Shown: piece after piece, positions 25,064 through 39,339 of the stretch | How the letters are laid out: the number at the start of each line of letters is the position of its first letter | How positions within the stretch are numbered: position 1 is the first letter of the stretch | Source: Takakia lepidozioides | Taxonomy: Eukaryota; Plantae; Bryophyta | Assembly (NCBI GenBank): GCA_030704615.1 | Contig: CM060733.1 | Span: forward strand, 4,836,001 to 4,900,000 | Reading direction: 5' to 3' | Length of the DNA: 64,000 nt | The notes under the pieces: model-generated | What the model saw: only the letters and a program-made list of their open reading frames with translations | What the model was told of the DNA's origin: nothing | Databases searched by the model: none | Made by a program: the position numbers and the translations under genes

Positions 25064-25878
25064 CCCTTAAGTTAGCAACCTGAATGGGGTCACTTTGAAT
25101 TTGCAATTCGACCTAATTTTTGCAGATCTAATCTGATGGGGCCCACTCCTGAAGCTTTAATGACAAGGGATTTGTCTCGAGTATGATGCAAAAAACAAAT
25201 TAAAAAAAAAACAAAAGCTTCCTCCTACAAAAAAATATCTTAGATCTCTCATTTACGTTTAGGGGCCTGAAAAGGGCTTGTTGACCGCTGACGTGGCAGG
25301 TAAACAAGCCCAAAACAGATTGCACTCCAAAGGCCATTTTTGGCATAAAATTAGCAATTTTGGAAAAAGCACTTCACCTTGTGGTGTGTGCCAGCATTAC
25401 ATACACACATCCACCATTGGCTTTTAAAACAATTGTAGAAAAAAAAAAGTACTTCATTTGGAGGCACATTTTCTCTTGTCAATTTTGAGATTTCAACCCC
25501 CATGTAATTGCATGAATAGCAACCATAGGTGAAAAAATCAGCTGGACCTGCAATTTAGTGGGGTCATAGCCACTCCACTATTGATTTGGAAATGGTGGGT
25601 CTTGGGGCAAGCAAAATTGGATAAAGCTAGGTTTTGATTTGGTCAAACCAATTTCTTTCTCACTTTTTCTTTGGGACCTGATATTTGAGGTCCGGGCCAA
25701 CGCTATAATCTCACAATTTCCACGGTGGACTTGGCTCATTTTTTGGTATGTCATGCATAGATGAGCTGGGCCCATTGCTATAAGGCTGGAATCTCTGGAT
25801 GATTTTCGGTAGGTTTCTAGGGGCAATTTACTGCAGCTGGGTACCCAAAATTGGTAAAAAGGCTTGGGAACTTGAGGG
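25064..25878 (+). mobile_element. piggyBac-like non-autonomous element
   Basis: TTAA|CCCTTAAGTT ... AACTTGAGGG|TTAA: TTAA on both flanks with CCC/GGG termini. Confidence 0.75.
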
Positions 25879-25899
25879 TTAAGGAAATTTTCTACTTGG

Positions 25900-26725
25900 A
25901 GTTTTAGGAGTTTTAGGGTGGAGCCATTACACGACTAGCCGCTTGTTCTTCCTCTTTAAGGTGTGTTAAGGTGCAACATGGTGCCATTGAGTCCAAAGCT
26001 AAGACCCGCATTGAAGGACCCTACCTAATCTATGAGATGGTTGCAGGCAATATAGCTCGATTATCAACATCACTCAGTCAAGGAGATTGCTGATGAGGTA
26101 CCCATTGCTGACTCGTTGCATTCAAGACTTCAGTTTGATCTAACCTGTGTGAACGTGGAAGGGAGAAGAAGACTCGAGGCTGACTGTGGGGACTCATTGA
26201 ATAGGTCCAAGCTGCGGCTTCATTCGCTTCATAATACTGTTAGAATACCTTTCTAAACATAAGTTTAGCTTTGGTCTGTTTTAGTTAGCTTTGTTTGATT
26301 CTGGAACTGGCCATCTGTTCGTGAGGATTGGGGTTTTTCCTGCAATGCAGGATTTTTTAATCCCAGTCCAGGCCTGGAGGTGGGGCATCATTTTGACACT
26401 CTGGTCTGCCACACTGGCTCTAATTACTCTGAGTACTACAGCCCTGTATTATGCATTGCTATTTGAGAGCTCTGACCTTGCCACGACTACAGTGGCTCCC
26501 AAGGTGTTAGATTCACACGATCATATCTGGATCTAGACAGTCCCATGCAAAGCTTATGTAGTATCTTCACATGAGTTCAGAATTATTGAACCGGGGGGTA
26601 GCATCACATATGTGATGTTCCACTTTCTACCCTCTCCCAATTCTCCCTGACAGATGATTCATTGTGCCGTCGTTTGTAATGTAGAGAGCAGTTGCAAGCT
26701 ACTCTACCCTAGACATACCGTTACA
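25900..26725 (+). mobile_element. Possible Gypsy integrase-end / LTR relic
   Basis: KL....GPY-like residues near 26000-26030. The segment ends in CCGTTACA. Highly decayed. Confidence 0.3.
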
Positions 26726-27097
26726 AATAAATTAATTCCCAGCAACGTTGATCCTTGCAACGGCTTTGATATGATGAGTTGGCGGTGAGCCTCTCACGCC
26801 TTCACGCGTGTCAGTGACTAGGATCTGATCCGGATTTTGAATAAAAGGTTTCTTAAGCAGGAAATCGGGCGGTATTTTCTTGAGTTCAGTTTCGGTGTAC
26901 GAGAGAGCCGGATGTGCATAGAGAGAGTGTGTTGTGGTTTGGCGGCTCTGTGCGTTCTGTGGCATCTGACCGACTCCTCGTCGTGGGATTCCCGCCTCAT
27001 CGCATGGCCTGCTCTGCCGTGCTACTCCCCGGTTCCATGTGCTTGCAGGAAGAGGAAGGAGAATCCTAACCCTAAGCATGTTTTGAGCATCACAACT

Positions 27098-27206
27098 TGA
27101 CCCTAAGGGCTATTGCCTTTCGGCGGAAGGTGGACACCTTTAATGACATCCAACATGTGGTTTGAACCCCCACCCAGTGAAGCGGTTTGGCTAATGTTGG
27201 TTGTCC
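27098..27206 (-). mobile_element. tRNA-derived SINE family B, degenerate copy
   Basis: Shares AAGGGCTA.TGCC..GGAAGGTGGACACCTT..TGTGGTTTGAACCC..TGGTTGTC with the copy at 39942. Confidence 0.65.
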
Positions 27207-30200
27207 AAGCATTAGACATTGTGGATGATTGGATTAAGCGTTAAAGTGGCAAGGTTACGAATGATTGGGTGCACCATGGACCTCTTCAGCACTTGTTTTG
27301 GACCTCTCTCCAAATTCACCGATCTTGTCCAAATATAATGTTTTTACAATCATTTTAAAGCCTATCTCGCCAGCTTCGTAATGAACTTTGTCAAGTGAAA
27401 CCCGTTATCCTACAAGAATGAAAACGTCCTGAAGTGTCCGGTGGTAGGCCAATCTACCCAAATGTAAAAACTATGCGTCCATTGTGGTGCCAGAAATCAC
27501 CCTACTTTTTTCTAAGAAGTTTACAAGTCAAAAATCCAACCCATGATCGAAACAATGCTATTTATATCCTATCATTTGCTGGAGTAGATGCTGGAGGATG
27601 CCAGCCCATCATGGCCATGACATGCAATATAGTATGTGGCATACTGCTCCAAAATTCCCTTTGTGAATAATGACTTCCAAGTGCGTAACGTACTAGTCTG
27701 GGATTTCCCCTCTAATTTGACAGCCCTGGAATCTATCAAGAAGCAAGGAACAAATAACCGTGGAGAAATCCATGAGGCATACATACATCACGAGTAGGCT
27801 AAAACCGCTCCACAACAAATTCCTTGTCTTCAAATTCGACCAGATACCAGCAACAGAATGAGCTACCCTCTTAAGCAAAGCTTGGTATCCTAGAAAGATG
27901 ATTGCAACTCAAGACTAAAGCAGAGCAGAACAGATCTAACGCTTCCGCCACAGATTCTCCAAGTTGAGGCGAGTTCTCTTGGTGTTTCTGCTTTTCGGGT
28001 GGCGCCACTTGATATCACAGGCTTCTCTCACCTGGATAGGAACAGGTGGAGTCGAAAGCTACACAGAGCTGGATCTGCACACACCTCCCACAAGCACCGG
28101 GCCCCATGCTGCTCACCTTCAATGTCATGGTGCGCGCAGCGAAGGCCTACACAGGCATTCAGACCGGGCCCTGGGGCTTCATGCCAAACCTTACGCCTGT
28201 GAAGGCCCTCGGGTTCGTCACGGAAGTTCCCCGTCATTTGGATTACGGCCCTCCGCCCTGGGCATTTTGGTAATCCAGACAGAGGCAGGAGAAATGTTTG
28301 AGCGGCCTTCAGGACAGGCAAAAGTCTCACCTCGGCCACGATTCTCAGCTCTCGGGTGCGAATTGTACCTCTTTACAAAAGCTGTCGCCACTGCCTCTCC
28401 AAAACAACACGATAATGCTCGGGCCGTGTCACTCAACAAAGCATAAAGGTACCCCACCATCCGTAGCTCTGTTGGATACAGCCCCAGACTGATGATGAAC
28501 AAGACTCGAAGCTCTGTTGCTATCCAAATCGCCAAACATAAAAGGAAGAGAGAAAGAAGGACTCGGGCCCACGACAGTGAGGTGCCTGAGAAGATGGAAG
28601 CTGCTGTGTGTTGGAAGCTTCTGTGGGGTCGTGTGTCCCTTCCATACTTACATTAAGCCCATATCCCATTATTCCCTACCAACTAGTTACTACTTAGAAG
28701 ATGATGTAAACCTGTACAGCTTTATTTACAGGAAACATGAGGTATGTGAACATATGATAGGAAAACCCCAAAACCTGGGAAAGAACGAAAGAACGAGGGA
28801 GGAAAGGGAAGCAAGCTAAACTAAACTATTCAAAGAAGGAATTCACATTTCTTCTAGGGTGGCAGATTGTTTGAGTGGGTAGGTAGTAATAATACCGGCT
28901 AGTGCCGGTATTGCCGGGCGGAGCAATATTGGGTCAGGTGCGACCCATCATCTTCAACCCTCGGCTCTGGACATTTGGGAAGATCTGTGCACGCATGCTG
29001 CGACCATCAGACAGGACGCCGATGCAAACCTCTTCAATTGGGCTTGTGAATGTGGGTTTCAGCATGTTCCTCAGTATTCGAGACATATAGGCGTGAGAAT
29101 CGTTGGGTTTGGCTAAGAAGCTGTGGTGAGTGATTAGAGCAAGAGATATGAAGGACGAGGCAGGGCGGGGTGAGCCGCTGGGCTCGCTACTCTCAAGCGG
29201 AATTTTTGGGTCTTCTTCAAATAGTGACGATTCCATCAAGGTATGTGTCATCTCTCACGAATTGGATTCTGGGTTTGCCATTCCATTGTAATTGTGCAAT
29301 TATCGCCCGGCTCATCTGTGCTCTCTTAAGTTGTTTCATTTGGGAATTTATGTTGCTCTACATGAAATCCTTGAGCGGCCAACATCGATGGGCCTCGAGA
29401 TACCTTCGGGATTGTTACGGAGCCGGTGATTAGCGGATACAGGCTCGTACAGGTCCGTGGAGAGCCCCCGCATCAAGCGATAGGGTATCTAGCACGATTT
29501 TGCAGAGGACCCCAGGAACTTGGGTGGGTGCCTAAGCGCAGGTTAGGTGAGAACAATACAATTACAGTCCATAGGTGGGGGGGACTACCTTTGATCTGAA
29601 CGCTGTTGGTGGGGTGGCTTGATGCTGAAGATCAAGGTTTATAGTTCGCAACTACCCTGATCCACTCAAATTTATTTCGGTTGTTTCTCCACTATGTTGG
29701 TGTTATCAGGAGGAAGAACAAAGCTCTACAGACATCACCGTTCTTGCATTTTGAGTTTCAACTTCTCATGGGAAAAATCCTCAGCAATAGCTTAAGGACT
29801 CTATTGGGTGATTGCTTGGGGTAGGCGGCTGGTTTGAAGTCAAATCAGGCAAGTTTGGCAAATCGGATTGGTACTGGTTGGCAACGTTTTGGTAATATAC
29901 CAAATAAAGCTAAGGGTGAAAGAGTTGAACATTTTTACCCAGCTATCATCCTTTGTGGGGACTCTGTGAATCTTTCTAAGTTGCTCAGCAATGTCAAAAT
30001 CCTGGATTACAGTTTTACCATCCTGAGGTGACCCGACCACACTAATTAGTGACTGCAAAAGCAAGCTTTGTTAGTAAACAGGCCTCAAAAGACCACTTCC
30101 ACAGGTCAAGTTGCCCTCTGTTTCTACCTGAAGTTTGCTTTTCTGTGAGATTCCTTGTGGGGCAGGACACTGCTGCAGTGGAAGATGAAAATGAAGATCA

Positions 30201-30905
30201 GAGCGAGCCTCGGTCAAGGTAGTCCACACAATGTCTGAGCTGATGTTCTGTATCAACTGTAATTGGGCTGCACAGTGGTACATTTGAGCACTATATTGTC
30301 CTACGTCATCAATTTCTTCCCTCCCCTCCCGTCTTTTCCCTTTCCCCAGGGAAGTCGTGGATTGGAGTTTTAATGTGTGACAGGAAAGGGTTTTAATGTT
30401 GACATGATCATTGAAAGTCACAGTGGGAAGTTGGATGCGCTATCCACTTTCCGGCAGTACCTGCTGGCTGTAGGGCAGTTATCCCGGTCCCTATTCTACT
30501 CATTACAGATTTGGTACAGATTATTAAGGACATGGCCCTCTTGGTTTCTCTTTTGAAGTTATTTACTCTATGTCAATCGTGGTTGAGTTTCTTCTATTGG
30601 TAAGGATTTGATATAAGAACGTTTTGCTTGCTAAGGACAACTTTGTGTAATAATGAAAGAAGGCTGTCAAGGGCTGCAGGTTGGTTTGCATGCCAGTAGG
30701 TGTTGTTAAAAAGAGAGCTGCAGCAGGCTGACAATGGTAACTAAGCACATTTTTCACCAGTTTTTCTTACTCTCTGCAAGGTGACACTTAACCAAGCAAG
30801 GGTATAGTGCTCTCCTTGCGTCATCTTCACACCCACCTTGACTGGCTGGAAAGAGAGAGGTACATAGAGAAATCTAACTGGCCCCATTTGACCTTGTGTG
30901 GATAG

Positions 30906-33900
30906 TGGCTGGAACTTTGGGGGCTTCATCAGAACACTTGCATCAAAGGTGATGTCAAACCCTTAGCAATATTTGGCCTCGGAGTGTTTTAATAAGTGGC
31001 AATGTGTAGCTGGAAGGAAAAAGTATTCTCTGTATGTGATGTGTGCATATGGTGCCTTGAAGTGGTAATGCTTTCCATCCAATGTGCCCCCTTTGCTCTT
31101 TCTTCCCTGCACTCAGATTATAACTAGCACAGTACTAGCAGGATAAAATGCCATCCCTTCTTGGCTTCCTCTTGTGTGGTGCATTTCCTTGTGTATGCCC
31201 ATACCCAGCTGTATTGTCATGCTCTACTGCTTTAGTGATGGTGTGGTGGTCTGGATCTCTATGTCCTCTGGCTTTGAATACCCACAATAATTTAGACCCT
31301 TTTCACTTCGAAAATTAACACTGCCTCTATAAAGTATTACTACTGCCAGTATTTAGACAAGGATCAGCTTGAGTCTAACCTTGTTTGTAGGAACTCAATC
31401 CAGGTGCTTTGAAAGTGGTCCTTCAGCCACCATTTCCTCATCTTTTTGGTTTTGTGATTACCATCAGCATTCTGTGTTGGGTAAACTTGTGGGGCAGTCA
31501 GGAGGGGTGCTTCAAGCATACCAGCAGGATCTGGAGGAGTTTCGCATTGGGTTGAAGAAGGAAACGGAGGCAGTGGCTGAGGTCACTGCCCACGCGGTTA
31601 AAGATCTTCCTCTCTCTTTGGAGACAGGCGCAACAGTGGCACAGGTGATTGATACAAACTTATACACAGTGAGAGAAGCTGGGCTGGAGCGTTGTGACTC
31701 ATAGACTGCTTTCACCTTCCCATGCTTGTCAGTGTCGGTGTTACAGCACAACCATCTCAGGCCTTTGGGGCGAGGTTTGGGGCTTGTGTCTCTTCTATCC
31801 TTTTCTTATTTCTTAAAGAGGTTAGATCGAGCCCTCTCTGCTGGGTCAGCTGCAATTTATGCATTTCCCTGAACCTTGATTGCTTGGCCTGCCAAGGTTG
31901 TGATCTAGATTTTTTTACCCTTGGAGACTGCTCTTTCAGCTCATCCTCCATCCAACGCAAACACATGGTGCAAGGTTACAGCAAGATGAGTCTATTAGTA
32001 AATTAATGAGCTTGTTCACTGTAGCTGTGGTGGAAGCATATATGCAATGCTCTTTTGGTGTGTTTGGAAGCAGCTGAGCAACAGCCGCTTCAATGGCTAT
32101 TCCCACTGCCCCCTGACGCAAGGGTGGTAAAAGAGGATTTGCTGATCAAGCTCCTCTCAGCTTAACATTAATCAAAGGGGCAACCTCTGCAGCATAATAT
32201 TCAAAGCCAGGGTGAAGTCTCCAAACGCCCAGCATTTGTGTCATGACATTCTACTAGTCCTTGTACTTCAGTGCAAGGATCTCTTGGTAATAGGAAAAGC
32301 TTACAAACACTTTCATGAAGACTTCTTGGATCCTCTTCAAGTTGCTTCCCATGGTCACAATGCAGGTATCATTGGAGACAGTTGGTCAGACTATAGAGGA
32401 CTTCGGAAGTTCTGTTTGGCGTGGGTAAGTGCTCATTTCTTAAGCTGTTACAGTCCTGCTGTGTTAGGCAACAGTTTGTGAGCACAAGCCAAATTCAATG
32501 TGTGCATTGATTTGATAATCTAGGGCATCAGTGGATTTGGGCGGTCATGGTGGACATTCCTGAAGTGACATGCAGAATTTTATGGTGGTGACAGAACAAC
32601 TGAGATCTTTGCACAAGTGAAAGAGGCAGTGCTGAATGTTGATGAAGAGGCCCCTGCGGCCATAAGCCTTGCCTCACCGAGAACTTTGGCATCCTCTGCT
32701 AGCAGCGGGTAGCCACACTTTCCATCTCAACATGGCCATCCTCCTTACACAGCCTCCATAGACCAGGGATGAAAGCTGGTCTGGTTTGGTCTATTTGAAG
32801 TTGCAAGTGTGCCCCATTTATTCTGAGTAAATGATTTGACTTGTCCTCTGGCAAGAATGTATTGTGCATACACAGTATGTTAAGAGTAACCCTTTATTTG
32901 GTCATCATGATAGGACTTTGGTATTGTATTGGTCTTGGTAGGATGTTTATGAGTCTCAGGACCTGACATCTATGGTTCATGGGACAGTCCAGATGGAATC
33001 CAAGTTGACCTGTCCATGAGTTTGGCCCTCACCTCCCCAAAAGCTCCTGTTGATGGGTGTGTTGTTTGTCATGCATTTTCAGACCTGAACACTTCTTTAT
33101 ACTTCTTTATAGCCTGAAAAGCACAGCTCTTGACATGAGTTCTAATATGTGTGATGTGATTGACAGGAAATATAGCCGCTATGAGGCACAGGTAGCCATC
33201 CTCTCCTCTTTCAATTAATCATGGTTATTATCATAAGAAACTGCCACAGGGATTGCCAGCTAGTGCAAGAAAAAAGGTCTCCTTTATCTGGCCTCCTTTA
33301 TATTTGTGTATGTCCTCATCTCTGAGTAGCCTTCTTTTGAAGGGAGTCTAAAAAGTCCTAAACTTCTTCTGAGGGCTCCTTGTTGATGGCCCCACTTTTT
33401 TGTCACATAAGCTCCTTGAACTTCCTGTGGATATTATAAAATATATGTTTCTTTCTTTCCATTGTCTAAGCCTTTATTGTCATGATGTAGGTGAGTGCAA
33501 TGCAGAGAGATAGCAGCACCTACTGTGATGAACCAGAGGACGAAGAGGAGTATGCAGCCTGGCTTTCAACTTTCAACCTGGACAAATGGTCATCTCTTTT
33601 GTCCTTGTACCTTATTGTTGAGAAATTGTTTGATCTATCTAGCTATTCCGACTTTACAAAGAGGATATTCTTATGTTTGTGTTGGACTCAACACCAATTT
33701 TGAGTGTATCAGTGAGGTCTGAGTTCTGTTGTTGGTTAAATGCAAAAGTATGTTTGCTGCAAAGGTAACCTGAAGGCATGTCATTTCTTGTTTCCAGGAA
33801 AGGCGAAATTGATGAGATTCTGGCTGGCAATCCATTTATGTTAGAGCTTCAGTCCCGAATGGGTAATGCTCACGGCCTCATTTTCTTCAGCAGTAAGGAG

Positions 33901-36703
33901 GAATTCCTATTCATTGTTAAGTCACTTTGTTGTACCATGGCACTCATCCAAACCCTGAAAGCAGGTGATATGAACTCTTAAAACAGACCCTGTGTGTTGC
34001 AATGCTTGTTCAGTAACTTAGGCTACTTTCTTACAGGGTTCTGGTTAGAATTGGCAGCAATACAGGCAGTCTGCATATCCTTGGGTATATGTACTTTGTC
34101 CCTGTTGTTTGTGTTAGAATTAACTAATGATGGCTACATATGTGGCCATTAGCATGTTAAACCTTTGTAACTCAACCAAAGCATACAGGAACACATTGAC
34201 CCTTTCTCTAGCCCAGATTGCTTTGAGAGAACCTAACAGCAGGTTCGTGGTGACGGATTGCAGTGCCAATAGTTGTGGAGCATGATGTTTTCTGGACGCG
34301 CTATTTCTTCCGTATACACAAGCTGCAGCAGATTGAAAATGCTCGGGCCAATCTTGTCAAGAGTGAGATTTTTTCCCTTAGAGAGCTTGTGTCAGTTTGG
34401 GTGCATCCAAACAAAAGGGTAGTGTTTAACCAGCAAAGCTTTACCCTAGGAAGAGTCTGTGAAGGCAAAGTGCCCAGAGCTCCTCTGGGACCAGACGGAA
34501 AAATGAAACACAGAGAGAGAGGTATAGATGGCTTGTCAACACTACACAAATTAATTTTCACTGCTATTTGGTTTTGCAAGGTAGATAATAGTGGTTTTGC
34601 TTATGCCCACTTCAATAGTCAACATGACACATTTCAGTTTACCCTATACGATGCTTTGACCTTGCACTTCCATATGAGGCTGCGTTGCTAGAGTATATGC
34701 AGGGTTCTATGTCCTCTGGGTGTTTGGTGGGGAACAGTATACCCGTGAGAAGAGATTCACTTGTTGCTATGTATTCAAGGGTTTTTGAGTGACTGTTTGG
34801 AATGTCCTCTTGCCTTCAATGTTCTGGCAAATGCAGGGCCTGCAGCTGTAGGAGAACATGCTTTAAGACTAGGTATGACTTCTATGGGTTGGGTGGAAGT
34901 GTGTTTGATTATAACTATGCTTGGTTGGGTAGGGGCAACTGCTGAAGAGGAGGAGGACCTCAGCTGGGATGTGGAGGAAGAAAAGGAAGCTGAGGAAGTT
35001 CAGGAGCCAAAGGTGGATGTGGTAGACAACGCTGAAGCTGCCACATCAGTTGATGTATTGGATGTCACACCAACGGCCATGGCAGTTGAGGGTATGGTCT
35101 TCTACGACTCCTCGATGAATGATTCTGTGACCAAGTTAATATTCAATAGTGGAATGCGTCTCGGTAGATGTTTCGCATTATGACTATTGATTGTGCAGGA
35201 TGTTGACCTGCATAGCCCTGGAAGATGTCTAGAGCTGACCGTGAATCCATCAGATATTATAGCTCACTATTACGCGCAGGTTGGATGGTTTACAAATTTC
35301 GAAGTTGATGATATTCCAGTGGTATCATGAGTTGGGTTTCAGTGTTTCTGTTGTAGTGGGCCGTGTGTCATCGACTTCTTGCATGCTTTTCAGAGACCCA
35401 CGATGAAGAGGAAGCAAAAAGCGAAGGTAGTGCAGGGAGTGAGTGGTTGGTGGTCCCAGAGGAGAAAACTCCAGGGAGCTCTGAGCCCACAAAAAGCACC
35501 CCTTCTTCACCCCGAGTTGAGACGTACGTGGAATTCATTTCCAGATTCTGTGGGTTTTTTTTGGAAGGTTTCATTCTCTGTTTGCATCTAGCGGGTGTTT
35601 CACCTAGGGGTCCCTGTGGAGATTTATGCTGGGCATGAGTACACATAACCACCAGTGGGCATGTTTATGGACATTGCCAGAAAGGTGACTGGTTTCATCT
35701 TCCTGGTTTGCCCTTGTATTATCAGCTGATTGAGCCCTCCACACTTTAAAACGACTTGACCTTCTGCTGTATGCATTGTGGGAGGATAGAAGCAGGGAGG
35801 AAATGGCAGCTGCAGCGCTGAAGAGGCGCATGGATGATGGAGCTGAGGGAGATGAGCCTGAGCTGGAGGATATTGCTGAGCTGACAATTGAAGATGCTCC
35901 ACTAAAGCCCGGTGCGGAAAAGGTCTCAAGTGTTAAAGTGGCAAGTGCCCTCCAATCAGACGAGACAGAGGAGGTACTAAGAATCTTCCGTAGTTACATC
36001 TTTGTTATGTGTCGGTGCAATGACAGGCTGTTCAGTACTCTTATTGGTGGTTCCATACTACACTGGGAAGCAAGCCTAGTATGAAAATAGGTTATGGCCG
36101 TTGGTCATAGTAATTTGGCAAACTATCCTTTGCTTTATCCATGTTTTGTTATGTAGAAAGTAGATACTGTATTTTAAGGATTTAGACTGTTGTAGTTTAT
36201 GCATGAGGAATTCCCAAGGCAGATTGGAAGGTCTTGACACACGGTTAAGTAAACCACTGCACCATGTGAGTTCAAAATGAACATAGGTACCTTTAGTTGG
36301 TTAACAAGTACTGATTGACTGTTCTTTGTGAAGAGGGGGACGAGGGGATCTTTCCAGCCCTGGACTCGCTAAATAGATTGTTTGAAGAAACTGACACGAT
36401 GTCAAATCCACTTAGGATGTGTCAACCCTGACGTGAAGTGTTGGGGCAACAGTTTGGGGGGGTGGGGGGTGACACTGGGGTCGGAAGTGTCACCCTGGAC
36501 TTGGACAAATTGTCCACCGGGGGGGGGGGGGTATAGAAGCATCTATCCCAGTGTTGTCTTTGGCGATTGAAGTGGCACGTCTCTAGAATAAGCTACAATA
36601 CTTAATGAGGTCAAGAAGTCATCTTTGCATGTAAAAATCAATGGGCATTATGGTGATGGTAACCTAAATGATTTCGGCTGCAGGATTGGGGCGAGTGGGA
36701 GTG
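30906..36703 (+). CDS. BSD-domain-containing protein (multi-exon; 5' exons lie further upstream and are unresolved)
   Basis: Spliced exons read GWNFGGFIRTLASK|SGGVLQAYQQDLEEFRIGLKKET..|SLETVGQTIEDFGSSVWRG|..KYSRYEAQ|VSAMQRDSSTYCDEP..|VPIVVEHDVFWTRYFFRIHKL (BSD FW.RYF)|EEEEDLSWD..|DWGEWE*, the typical plant BSD architecture. Confidence 0.9.
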
Positions 36704-37805
36704 ATGGATGAAGCCATACTGCAGCCATTCTGAGTGTTTTCAGGATCTCAAATTCATTGGATATGGTCTATTCGAAAGCAAATTGCTGTTGTCTTTTCTG
36801 TAGACTTTGTATAGCTGTGATTTTCAACGGTACCGTTAACTTTATTCATGCAGCTCGCTTATTGTCTTCATTTAGCTGTAGCATGTGTGAACCTCTGAAA
36901 GTGTTGTTGATGTAGGTCTTTGTAGTGGTGAACAACATAGAGCCTTGAATAAAGTTTGACAGTTCTAGGCGACTAACGCAGAAGTTACCCTGGCTACTGG
37001 CAAAAAGGCATGAACCAATCCTTCCTCAAACTTCTTCTGCCCATGGGAACTAACTCTAGGCAGTTCCTTACAAATAGGTAACATTGCCGGGTAGTATGGG
37101 GATGAAAATGGACAGCCTTGGAGGCCTATGCTCGCCAAATCAATCGAGCAGATAACTTTGAAATTTTTTGTGTGCTCCATCCTTACAGGTATATTTAGCC
37201 AACAAGTGAGTGATTAATGCTCACGATTATCTGGGTTGCTCCTCGGCATCTCCACCCCCTGAGAAGTGGGGAATGTTTGACCTCTTGAGGCAAGGAAATG
37301 GGTGAAACCTTTGGGTACATTCATTATATTGACTCCTCCTACACTTTGTTGATATGTATTCACTATAGGAATGGGAAAGTGGGGCTTGAGAAGGCAGTGT
37401 GTATTTGATGTGTGTTGTGTGCCTCCAGCCTGCCTAGTACGGTCACTAGACTAAAGTTGCCAGCATCTAAGGAACGAATGTCAAAGGACGGGTCGAACCT
37501 CAGCCCAGAGTTACCTGACCATCAAAGGAGAAAGTAAGCTCAAGAGTGGTTTTGTGCTGAGATTGAGTATAACATGATTTAAGCTTCTACTCTGTAAGGC
37601 CTTCCTAACCTTTGATTTCCTACAGAGACAGAAAGACAGAGAGGAATGTAGAGTGGAATGGGCCAAGCCCTTCTGGGTAGCTTTGTCGGAATGAAAATAA
37701 ATGCCCTAGTCCATAGTAATAATTAATTTGGGAATGGTTAAAGACGAACAAATCACTTGAGTGCATGGGAGCAGCCATGGCGAGCTCCCAATGGGGTGAC
37801 ACTAG

Positions 37806-39339
37806 GGGTAACTACCAGTGTTGTGCGGTTCTTGCCATATTGAAGGAACCTCCGGTTCTGGTTCCTTGGTATATTTAAAGAGACGGTTCCGGATCCGGTT
37901 CTTTTTTATGAACCGGTTCCGGTTCCAAAATTCATGAGCAGATTCCGGTTCCGGTTCCGGGTATTTTTTGGGAAGGAACCACCGGTTCCAGTTTCTGGTT
38001 CAGGTTCTCTATTTTTTTAGTTTAAAAATATATATTAAATTTTTGATCGTTTTTTATAAATCTGAAAATGATTTGTGAATCCACATTAGTTATATCAAAT
38101 CTTTGACCGTGTTGAAAAGAAACAACACAACATTCATATACAGGCCTCTGCAATCAACTCCTCGTTGTCATCTAAGTGGACTTCCTCACTATTCAAAAAC
38201 AGACGTGAGAGACGATACAACGTGGAAAAAAAAAAAGTTGTTCCCTCCCTCACACGCTGAGGCGCTGCTCCCTCCCCCACGCGCTGGTGCGCTGATCCCT
38301 CTCCCCTGCGCTGAGGCGCGTTGCTCCTTCCTCCCCGTGCTGCTATGCGCTGCTCCCTCCCCCGCACTGAAGTCGCGCTACTGCAGCAGATCGCGCATAT
38401 TGGAGGTGAGAGACTACGGATCACGGGGGAAAAAAAAACCAAAAAAACAAACCCTAGTGCGGAAACCGGATCCGGAACCGCCACTGACCCCGGTTCTAGT
38501 TCCCAGCCGGTTCCTGGAAAAACCCATACCCGCCGGTTCCGGTACTGGAACCGGCTCGTCCCTTGGGCGCCGGTTCCGAGGAACCGGAACCCCGGAACTG
38601 CCGGTTCCAACCCGCCTAAGCGGGTACCGGCACAACACTGGTAACTACTCGCCTCAGAATTTTGTGTGGCCTCTTCGTAATGAGGCCGCACGGTGCAGAG
38701 GGGACAGGACCTGACAGCGGGCCCCGCTACATTAAAACGATCCCTATTCCCGTTTCTCTTATATATCAAAAAACTACAGTTTGATGGTACAGTGGAGATT
38801 GTGGTCTGGTGGTAGGTCGATGGCGATGCGATGTTGCAGGTCTCGAGATCCATTCCTTGAGCGTGGTTCACGTCGTAGGCGCTGACTACACCTACCTCCA
38901 TGCTATCTCCATGGAGGTAGTATGTAGCTACTCTCATGCAGGTAGTTTCAGCTTGGTTTTGCAACTACCTTCATGTAGAAAATCCTAAAACTACTTGCAT
39001 GGAGGTAGTTGTAAATTAGTCCTGGACGCATGAAGGTAGTTTTCTCCTATATTAATGAGCCGGCAGGCCCCCATCGTCTGACCAGCCTCATTACGATGAG
39101 GCCACACAAAATTCTGAGCCCTGGACAAGTGTCAAGTGGTGGGAGGATTCTATGGGATTGAAAGGTGAGGGGGTTAACGCCACACAAAATTCTGAGCCCT
39201 GGACAAGTGTCAAGTGGTGGGAGTAGGGATTCTATGGGATTGAAAGGTGAGGGGGTTAACGCCACACAAAATTCTGAGCCCTGGACAAGTGTCAAGTGGT
39301 GGGAGTAGGGATTCTATGGGACTGAAAGGTGAGGGGGTT
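37806..39339. mobile_element. Unclassified non-autonomous element with subterminal inverted repeats and a triplicated 3' end; hosts the hAT
   Basis: CTCAGAATTTTGTGTGGCCTC.TCGTAATGAGGC (~38654-38687) is inverted at ~39085-39118. An ~81-bp unit is repeated 3 times at 39101-39339. ACTAG lies on both flanks. Confidence 0.55.
37816..38640. mobile_element. Non-autonomous hAT element (MITE)
   Basis: TIR CAGTGTTGTGC / GCACAACACTG. Perfect 8-bp TSD GTAACTAC. Dense GGAACC/GGTTCC subterminal motifs. Confidence 0.92.

Noticed and set aside
27216-29700. Protein-coding gene, or the first exons of the BSD gene
   Set aside because: Only short ORFs with no recognisable motifs. A candidate ATG at 29148 could not be linked to the BSD exons with confidence.
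38103-38964. ORFs of 203 and 276 aa
   Set aside because: They arise from GC-rich GGAACC repeats of the hAT MITE and cross its boundary.
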